From a virus: DNA of 64,000 nt. A program made the position numbers and the translations under genes. How positions within the stretch are numbered: position 1 is the stretch's first letter; every line of letters begins with the position of its first letter. Positions 57,410 to 64,000 of the stretch are shown here, piece after piece. The notes under the pieces are model-generated. The model ran no database searches, had not been told where the DNA came from, and saw nothing but the letters and a program-made list of their open reading frames with translations. The stretch lies in the IMG/VR virus record IMGVR_UViG_3300027754_005993, positions 32,001 through 96,000 of that record. One strand, written 5' to 3'.

Positions 57410-58242
57410 TATCGGTATTTGGATCTAGTGGATTTATTGGGTCTAGATTTGTTGATACATTCAAAGACAAATGTATCGCTATACCTAGAGAATGTAATAC
57501 ACCACAATCTAATACTGTTCTTTATTTAATAAGCACAGTTGATAATTATAATGTATATACAGATCCATATTTGGATGTTAATACAAATCTCATAAAACTA
57601 ATAAATGTTCTTGAACAGTGTAAAAACTTTTCAGAACCATTAACATTTAATTTTATCAGTTCTTGGTTTGTGTATGGAAAGACTAATGAATTTCCAGCAA
57701 AGGAAACTTCAATTTGCAATCCCAGAGGATTTTATTCGATTACTAAATATGCAGCAGAAAGAATGGTTGAATCTTATTGTGAAACTTTTAACATCAACTA
57801 TAAGATAATGCGATTGACCAATATAATTGGTCCTGGTGACAAAAAAGTATCCAATAAGAAGAATGCATTGCAATATATGTTCAATCAGTTGAAATCCAAT
57901 GATCAGGTCAAATTGTATAATAATGGAGAAGTTATTAGAGATTATATGGGTGTTGATGATTGTTGTAATGCTATAATGACATGTATTGATAATGCAGATA
58001 ATAAATCCATAACAAATATTTCCAATTCAGAACCAACAAAGATAAAAGATATAATCAATTATGCTAAAGTTAAGTTAAATTCTCAAAGTGAAATATTATC
58101 AATAGATACACCACAATTTCATAAAACTGTTCAAATTGAGAACATGTATCTTGACAATACCGCTCTTTGTATGCTAGGATATACACCAAAAAGCACTGTG
58201 TATCAGTGCGTAGATTCTATATTGAAAATAAACAATGATTAA
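57406..58242 (+). CDS. NAD-dependent epimerase/4-reductase (RfbJ/RfbS-like dideoxyhexose synthase candidate)
   Basis: VFGSSGFIGS; YSITK; adjacent to the RfbH-like gene. Confidence 0.7.
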   Translation: MISVFGSSGFIGSRFVDTFKDKCIAIPRECNTPQSNTVLYLISTVDNYNVYTDPYLDVNTNLIKLINVLEQCKNFSEPLTFNFISSWFVYGKTNEFPAKETSICNPRGFYSITKYAAERMVESYCETFNINYKIMRLTNIIGPGDKKVSNKKNALQYMFNQLKSNDQVKLYNNGEVIRDYMGVDDCCNAIMTCIDNADNKSITNISNSEPTKIKDIINYAKVKLNSQSEILSIDTPQFHKTVQIENMYLDNTALCMLGYTPKSTVYQCVDSILKINND

Positions 58243-59572
58243 TTTAAACACTGATAATCTTATTAAAGAAAAGTTATCAAAATTGATAACAGAGATTGTG
58301 ATTTCATCTAAAAAAGAATGGATTCCAGGTATTGATTGGATTTCATATGCTGGATCTTTTATGGATGAAAACGAGTATATTGCTGCCGTCGAATGCCTAT
58401 TGGATGGTTGGTTTGCTCTCGGTGAAAATGGTATTAAATTTGAAAGACAATTTAAATTTCATATAGGGAAAAATTATGGGTTATTGACGAATAGTGGATC
58501 TAGTGCAAATTTATTGATGGTTTCTGCGCTTAAATCTAAAAATTTATACAATTTGCCAGTAGGATCAAAAATAATAACTCCATGTGCTGGATTTCCAACA
58601 ACAGTAAATCCAATATTGCAAAATGGTTTTGTTCCTGTTTTTGTGGATATAGAAATTGAGACTCTTAATATTGATTTGGATCAATTTGAAAAGGCAGCAA
58701 AAGATGGAGCAAGTGCAGTAATTTTTGCACATGTTTTAGGTAATCCTCCAAACATGGATCGTGTTATGGAGATCGTAGACAAATATAATCTTATTTTACT
58801 TGAAGATTGTTGTGATGCTCTTGGTAGTTCTTTTGATGGTAAACTTTTGGGATCGTTTGGTCAATTTGCATCATGTTCTTTTTACCCAGCACACCATATT
58901 ACAATGGGAGAAGGTGGATTTGTTGGATGTAGAACAGAAGAACAAGAAACAGTAATTAGAAGTATTCGTGATTGGGGTAGAGGTTGCTATTGCTCTGGTA
59001 AAGGTTCTGCTTGCCTGAAGAATGGAATGTGTAAAAAGAGATTCAGCAATTGGTTGCCAGATATGCCAGATGTAATTTTTGATCACAAATATATTTACGA
59101 TGAAATTGGTTATAATTTAAAACCACTAGATTTGCAAGCAGCTATTGGTCTAGTTCAGATTAAAAAAATACCTGAAATTATAAAAATAAGAAAGAATAAT
59201 TTTAACAGATTATATTCTATATTTTCGAAATATGAAACAATATTTCATTTGCCCAAAGCAACTCAAAATTCAGATCCTTCATGGTTTGCATTTCCATTGA
59301 CCGTGAGGGATGGTGTTCAGTTAAATAGATCTGATTTTACTTTATATCTTGAAAATTGTAAAATACAGACTAGAAATTATTTTGGTGGTAATTTATTACT
59401 TCAACCAGCTTATCGTGGATTGTATAGTGGAAACGCAATGATAGATTTTCCAGTTGCAACAAAAATTACAAAAGATACTTTCTTTTTAGGTACAAGTCCA
59501 GTAATTTCAGATCAACAACTTGTCTACATAGAAGAGAAAGTGAATGAATATTTTCAGTCAGTCAAGTTTTAA
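58235..59572 (+). CDS. rfbH: CDP-4-keto-6-deoxyglucose 3-dehydratase (E1, RfbH/DdhC-like)
   Basis: NSGSSANLL; GFPTTVNP; EDCCDALG; SFYPAHHITMGEGG (His replaces the PLP Lys); RDWGRGCYC...C...C Fe-S motif; DHKY. Confidence 0.88.
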   Translation: MINLNTDNLIKEKLSKLITEIVISSKKEWIPGIDWISYAGSFMDENEYIAAVECLLDGWFALGENGIKFERQFKFHIGKNYGLLTNSGSSANLLMVSALKSKNLYNLPVGSKIITPCAGFPTTVNPILQNGFVPVFVDIEIETLNIDLDQFEKAAKDGASAVIFAHVLGNPPNMDRVMEIVDKYNLILLEDCCDALGSSFDGKLLGSFGQFASCSFYPAHHITMGEGGFVGCRTEEQETVIRSIRDWGRGCYCSGKGSACLKNGMCKKRFSNWLPDMPDVIFDHKYIYDEIGYNLKPLDLQAAIGLVQIKKIPEIIKIRKNNFNRLYSIFSKYETIFHLPKATQNSDPSWFAFPLTVRDGVQLNRSDFTLYLENCKIQTRNYFGGNLLLQPAYRGLYSGNAMIDFPVATKITKDTFFLGTSPVISDQQLVYIEEKVNEYFQSVKF

Positions 59573-59583
59573 GAGTATTAATT

Positions 59584-60798
59584 ATGAAACCAAAAATTGC
59601 ACTATCTATGATCGTTAAGAATGAATCTCATATTATTCATGAGTGTTTGAATTCTATTTACAAGTACATTGATTACTGGATTGTTTCCGATACTGGATCC
59701 ACCGATGGAACTCAAGATATCATTAAGAATTTCTTTGCAGAAAAAGGAATTCCTGGTGAGATTCATCAAGATGAGTGGAAGAACTTTGGTCACAATAGAA
59801 CACAGGCACTTCGCCATTGTGATGGTAAGTGTGATTATATCTGGATGATTGATGCGGATGACTGCATAGAAGGTGATTTTAAATTTCCATTAGAAATGAC
59901 AGCAGATGGATATGTGATTCGCATGGGTCGCGAAGATTTCTCTTGGTGGAGAACTCAAATTTTCCGAATGGATGCCAAGTGGGAATACAAAGGTGTTCTT
60001 CACGAATATCCAGCATGTGCTAAAGAACAACCAATGCTTACAAAGATTGAAGGAAAGTATAATCTCAATGCACGAACTCTTGGTGCAAGAAATGTTGGAA
60101 TTACTCCAGTAGAAAAATACAAGAGAGATGCCGATATGCTTGAAATTGCAATGGTGGATGAACCAACCAACACTAGGTATCAATTCTATCTTGCACAATC
60201 GTATTTTGATTCTCAGCAATGGGAAAAGTCTGAGGCAGCATATAAGAAGCGTGCTGAAATGGGTGGATGGGCAGAGGAAGTTTATTACGCACTTTATCGT
60301 GTTGCTGTTTGTCGCGCAATGTTGGATAGACCGTGGCCTGAGATTCAAGCATCATTCCTTGATGCATATAATTATCGTCCAATTCGTTCCGAACCGTTGG
60401 TCCATATTTCCCAAGTTCTTCGTCAAAAATATAATCAACCAGCAGCTGCATTTGTGTTTGCACGAATGGCAGCAGAAATGCCACTACCTCAAGGTGAGAT
60501 TCTATTTGTTCCTGATGCCATTTATAACTTTGTGGCATTAGATGAACTTGGAGCAACAGCATTTGCTGCTGGTAGACCAGAACTTGGATTTCTTGCGTGT
60601 AAGAAACTTTTGGAAGAAAATAGACTACCAAAGGGCGAAATTGACAGAGTTCAGCAAAATTATAATCAATATAAAACAATTCTTGAACAAATAGATCAAC
60701 AACGAAAACAATACGAAGCACACATACAAAAAACACAACCAGTTCCTGAAATTAAATCCCAAAAATTTAAGGAACGAAAGAAACAAAAAGTTAAATAA
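59584..60798 (+). CDS. GT2 glycosyltransferase with C-terminal TPR repeats (protein glycosyltransferase type)
   Basis: LSMIVKNE; DTGSTDGT; W.NF..NR..AL; IDAD; GVLHE; RYQFYLAQSY plus helical TPR-like repeats. Confidence 0.85.
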   Translation: MKPKIALSMIVKNESHIIHECLNSIYKYIDYWIVSDTGSTDGTQDIIKNFFAEKGIPGEIHQDEWKNFGHNRTQALRHCDGKCDYIWMIDADDCIEGDFKFPLEMTADGYVIRMGREDFSWWRTQIFRMDAKWEYKGVLHEYPACAKEQPMLTKIEGKYNLNARTLGARNVGITPVEKYKRDADMLEIAMVDEPTNTRYQFYLAQSYFDSQQWEKSEAAYKKRAEMGGWAEEVYYALYRVAVCRAMLDRPWPEIQASFLDAYNYRPIRSEPLVHISQVLRQKYNQPAAAFVFARMAAEMPLPQGEILFVPDAIYNFVALDELGATAFAAGRPELGFLACKKLLEENRLPKGEIDRVQQNYNQYKTILEQIDQQRKQYEAHIQKTQPVPEIKSQKFKERKKQKVK

Positions 60799-60803
60799 TT
60801 TTG

Positions 60804-60811
60804 TATAAATA
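60804..60811 (+). promoter_or_regulatory. T4-type late promoter
   Basis: TATAAATA 16 nt before ATG 60827. Confidence 0.7.
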
Positions 60812-60826
60812 GTGCTATAGTAAACT

Positions 60827-62602
60827 ATGGCATTTCCAATAAATCCAATTTCAGGAACCACACACGGCGTTAATAGTCGTGTGTGGTCATATAATGGCAT
60901 CGCGTGGGATAGACTAGATCTAGGAACTAGCACAGGGGGTTCTGGTGGTATTAGTGGTCCTTATGTAATATCCATAAACGGATTCATTGGTGGGGTCACG
61001 CTCTCAGCGGGGTCTGGTATCACTCTAAGTGGTACTGGTGGAATTATAACAATTTCCACTACTGGTACTGCTGGTCAAGGAACAATATTCTATTATCAAG
61101 CTACTGGTCCAAGTTCTGGTATAACTACTGGCGACAGGTGGATGGATTCCGATACAGGAATTGAATTTGTATACATCAACGATGGCAATTCTCCACAATG
61201 GGTTCAACCATTAAATGCTGGAACCGTGGGACCAGCAGGTGCAGCAGGAAATACTGGTAATACTGGAAATACTGGTATTCAAGGAAATACTGGTAATACT
61301 GGAAATACTGGTTCTCCAGGTATTCAAGGCAACACTGGTAATACTGGAAATACTGGTTCTCCAGGTATTCAAGGAAATACAGGTAATACTGGTGCTACAG
61401 GTATTCAAGGAAATACTGGTAATACTGGTTCTCCAGGTATTCAAGGAAATACAGGTAATACTGGTTCTCCAGGTATTCAAGGAAATACTGGTAATACAGG
61501 AAACAATGGAAACACAGGAAACACAGGTAATACTGGAAACACTGGTAATACTGGTAACAATGGAAACACAGGTGCTACTGGTTATGGATATACTGCTGCT
61601 GGTATTTCTGGTGGGTTCCTTTGGATATCGCCAGTAGATGAATTTGGTATTCGTGGAGCATCATTCTCCATTGGATATGTTCAAGGTAATACAGGTAATA
61701 CAGGAAACAATGGAAACACAGGTAATACTGGAAACACTGGTAACAATGGAAACACAGGTGCTACTGGATCTGGTTATACTGGAATTGGTATATCTGGTGG
61801 ATTCTTGTGGATATCACCAGTAAATAATTCTGGTAAAGGTGCTTCTTTTAGTATAGGATATGTTCAAGGAAATACTGGTAATACAGGAAACAATGGAAAC
61901 ACAGGAAACACAGGTAATACTGGAAACACTGGAAACACAGGTTCAACTGGTGCTACTGGTTATGGATATACTGCTGCTGGTATTTCTGGTGGGTTCCTTT
62001 GGATATCGCCAGTAGATGGATTTGGTATTCGTGGAGCATCATTCTCTATAGGATATGTTCAAGGAAATACTGGTAATACAGGAAACACTGGTAATACAGG
62101 AAATACTGGAAATACAGGAAACACAGGTAATACAGGTGCTACTGGTAACACAGGTTCAACTGGTGCTACTGGTTATGGATATACTGCCGCTGGTCTTTCT
62201 GGTGGATTCTTGTGGATATCACCTATAGATGGATTTGGTATTCGTGGAGCATCATTCTCTATAGGATATGTTCAAGGTAATACTGGTAATACAGGTGCTA
62301 CTGGTCAAGCACCAATATTCTATTATCAAGCTACTGCTCCGACTTCTGGTATAACGACTGGCGACAGGTGGATGGATTCCGATACAGGAATTGAATTTGT
62401 ATATATCTACGATGGTAACTCTCCACAATGGGTACAACCATTAAATGCTGCATCTCAAGGTAGTCAATATCTCTACGAGTTGACTCCCGCTTCCGCTACT
62501 GCGACAGGAACAAAAGGAGACATTGTTTACGACACAAACTACATCTATGTCTGCATAGCAACTGACACTTGGAAGCGGACAGCAATTTCTACTTGGGTGT
62601 GA
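60827..62602 (+). CDS. Collagen-like (GNT)n fibre protein with repeated modules
   Basis: Long G-N-T/G-A-T triplet runs; 4x GYTxxGxSGGFLWISP...GASFSIGYVQ; 2x GDRWMDSDTG module; C-terminal GTKGDIVYDTNYIYVCIATDTWKR. Confidence 0.8.
   Translation: MAFPINPISGTTHGVNSRVWSYNGIAWDRLDLGTSTGGSGGISGPYVISINGFIGGVTLSAGSGITLSGTGGIITISTTGTAGQGTIFYYQATGPSSGITTGDRWMDSDTGIEFVYINDGNSPQWVQPLNAGTVGPAGAAGNTGNTGNTGIQGNTGNTGNTGSPGIQGNTGNTGNTGSPGIQGNTGNTGATGIQGNTGNTGSPGIQGNTGNTGSPGIQGNTGNTGNNGNTGNTGNTGNTGNTGNNGNTGATGYGYTAAGISGGFLWISPVDEFGIRGASFSIGYVQGNTGNTGNNGNTGNTGNTGNNGNTGATGSGYTGIGISGGFLWISPVNNSGKGASFSIGYVQGNTGNTGNNGNTGNTGNTGNTGNTGSTGATGYGYTAAGISGGFLWISPVDGFGIRGASFSIGYVQGNTGNTGNTGNTGNTGNTGNTGNTGATGNTGSTGATGYGYTAAGLSGGFLWISPIDGFGIRGASFSIGYVQGNTGNTGATGQAPIFYYQATAPTSGITTGDRWMDSDTGIEFVYIYDGNSPQWVQPLNAASQGSQYLYELTPASATATGTKGDIVYDTNYIYVCIATDTWKRTAISTWV
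61071..62450 (+). repeat. 150-bp direct repeat (61071-61220 / 62301-62450) bracketing collagen triplets and four ~110-bp module repeats
   Basis: caatattctattatcaagctactg...ccattaaatgctg present twice; internal modules near 61575, 61765, 61955, 62165. Confidence 0.9.
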
Positions 62603-62613
62603 TCGTTATGGAC

Positions 62614-62621
62614 TATAAATA
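62614..62621 (+). promoter_or_regulatory. T4-type late promoter
   Basis: TATAAATA followed by aagga and ATG 62636. Confidence 0.7.
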
Positions 62622-62635
62622 TTAAAGGATAATAC

Positions 62636-63784
62636 ATGCCATTAGATTTCCCTCCATCCCCAGCACCGAATTATATTTATACCTTTGGCACTTCTTCTTG
62701 GAAGTGGACTGGTGATTCGTGGACAGTTTATTCTACTCCACTTTTGGGTAACACTGGTGCTACTGGCAACACAGGTGCTACTGGTCCAGTTGGTGATTAT
62801 GTAATTACATTCAATGGAAGAACTGGTAACATTCAAGGTGTGACATCAATCAATGGTGCTACAGGTACTATAATAAATGTGGCATTTACAAATCTAGGAA
62901 ATACCTTTACTGTCAGACAGGTAATGAATGCTGGTCTTACGACTTCTTCTATAAATGTTGCTGGTGTAGCATCATTCAATCCATCAAACAGCGGACAGAA
63001 TACTTTAGGCGGAACAAGTACCACTCTTGCATCAACTGCCACGACAGTTCAGAATACAGCAGCACTGCTGACTATTTCAACCACTTTCTTACCAGGAAAC
63101 AATGCTACGCTCAGACTACAGGGATCTGATGGAAGTGGTGAAACTTCATATACTAATGATATTAAACCCCAGACTACACAGACTGGAAATTTAACACATA
63201 CTCTGCCAGCGACTACAGGAACATTACTGAATGATAAATTACAGTATGTTGCTTCAATAAATGGAAGAACGGGTGACATTCAAGGTGTGACATCAATCAA
63301 TGGTGCTACAGGTACTATAATAAATGTGGCATTTACAAATCTTGGAAATACCTTTAGTGTTTGTCAAGTATTCAATGCTGGCATAACCGCCTCTGGTGGA
63401 ATGACATTATTTGGATCATTAAATTCTTATAGTGGAATTTCTGCTTCTGGCATCACATCAGATTCTGGGTATAAAATAACAGCTGGTGCAATCAATGCCC
63501 AAACAGTAAGTTATACTATGCTAGGATCAGACAACGGCAAAATCATAACCATGAATCCTGCTTCTACAGGAATCACACTTACTGTTCCTACTGGATTGCC
63601 CATCGGTCACACAACAACAATTATTCGTCTTAGCTCTACTCTAAATGTTGGAATAAGTGCCGCTAGTGGTGTGACAATCAATAGTTTCCAGAATCAGAAA
63701 AATATTGCTGGTCAACATGCTGCTGTAAGTTTGATTTCTTATACCACCGATACATTCAATCTTGCAGGAGGACTGACAGGATGA
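62636..63784 (+). CDS. Fibre/decoration protein with short collagen segment and internal repeat
   Basis: MPLDFPPSP...YT...W.W.G..W N-terminus like 60827; NGRTG.IQGVTSINGATGTIINVAFTNLGNTF twice (about 62812-62908 and 63259-63355); C-terminal SDNGKII...LTVP..LP.G...GGL domain. Confidence 0.7.
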   Translation: MPLDFPPSPAPNYIYTFGTSSWKWTGDSWTVYSTPLLGNTGATGNTGATGPVGDYVITFNGRTGNIQGVTSINGATGTIINVAFTNLGNTFTVRQVMNAGLTTSSINVAGVASFNPSNSGQNTLGGTSTTLASTATTVQNTAALLTISTTFLPGNNATLRLQGSDGSGETSYTNDIKPQTTQTGNLTHTLPATTGTLLNDKLQYVASINGRTGDIQGVTSINGATGTIINVAFTNLGNTFSVCQVFNAGITASGGMTLFGSLNSYSGISASGITSDSGYKITAGAINAQTVSYTMLGSDNGKIITMNPASTGITLTVPTGLPIGHTTTIIRLSSTLNVGISAASGVTINSFQNQKNIAGQHAAVSLISYTTDTFNLAGGLTG

Positions 63785-64000
63785 TACTTCCTAATTGTCG
63801 TCCTGCATATTTAACACCAATACAGATCAAAGGATCCAATACTCCAGCAGCAGTGAATTGGACCAATATAAGATTTACCGCGTCTTCGGGAACACATCAA
63901 TTCACAGAACAGCAAATAACAGGAATTTCAACTCCTATAGTTTTAAGTGTGAATGGAGCATGGGGATCCAATAGTACATTATATTATCGTGTTGCTCCAA
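63781..64000 (+). CDS. Hypothetical virion protein, 3'-truncated
   Basis: ATG overlaps the previous TGA; open to the window end (MILPNCRPAY...QQITGISTPIVLSV...). Confidence 0.6.
   Translation, partial: MILPNCRPAYLTPIQIKGSNTPAAVNWTNIRFTASSGTHQFTEQQITGISTPIVLSVNGAWGSNSTLYYRVAP

Noticed and set aside
46711-60798. Island as a DNA hypermodification pathway or as bacterial contamination
   Set aside because: No hydroxymethylase or T4 alpha/beta-glucosyltransferase-like genes recognised; the island is co-oriented, tightly packed and flanked by phage genes. Host-surface modification is not fully excluded.
61215-61823. Hydrophobic ILVILE-repeat ORFs
   Set aside because: Alternate-frame read-out of the GNT collagen repeat
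61071-62450. 150-bp repeat pair as DGR template/variable repeats
   Set aside because: Mismatches are not adenine-specific (g/c, t/g, c/t, etc.), both copies are in one ORF, and there is no reverse transcriptase in the window
1674-63279. All minus-strand ORFs in the track (e.g. 33408..33878, 60173..60736, 21078..21527)
   Set aside because: They overlap well-supported + strand genes, show no recognisable motifs, and several simply mirror repeats
1-64000. Stop-codon reassignment, tRNA or rRNA genes
   Set aside because: Core genes are full length in the standard code and end in TAA, TGA and TAG; intergenic gaps are short with no cloverleaf recognised by eye

Overview
A 64-kb segment of a large, AT-rich T4-like myovirus genome (uncultured environmental type). 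All credible genes are on the + strand and use the standard code. Gene order: baseplate genes (hub-like, gp25, gp6, gp7-like, gp8); a block of novel Cys-rich fibre/appendage proteins with collagen-like necks and split DUF1566/Lcl-like lectin domains; gp13-gp23 morphogenesis core; gp3, uvsY, uvsW, gp55, gp47, gp46, gp45, gp44, gp62, regA; a ~14-kb sugar-nucleotide/glycosyltransferase/methyltransferase island; then G-x-T collagen-like fibre genes. Main hypothesis (inference): a phage-encoded virion protein glycosylation system. A GT2-TPR transferase sits directly beside a Thr-rich collagen-like fibre, rare-sugar enzymes lie upstream, and G-x-T(G) motifs recur in virion proteins, including loops of conserved core proteins. 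The particle also appears unusually cysteine-rich, with GxCC repeats resembling Planctomycete surface proteins. Other points: a hairpin enclosing the gp13 late promoter and its Shine-Dalgarno, a consensus antisense sigma70 promoter upstream of gp55, an 11-mer-repeat putative internal head protein, and a chimeric partial epimerase duplication. No tRNA, rRNA, CRISPR, integrase, intron or reverse transcriptase was recognised. All family calls come from motif recognition by eye and synteny, not from database searches.
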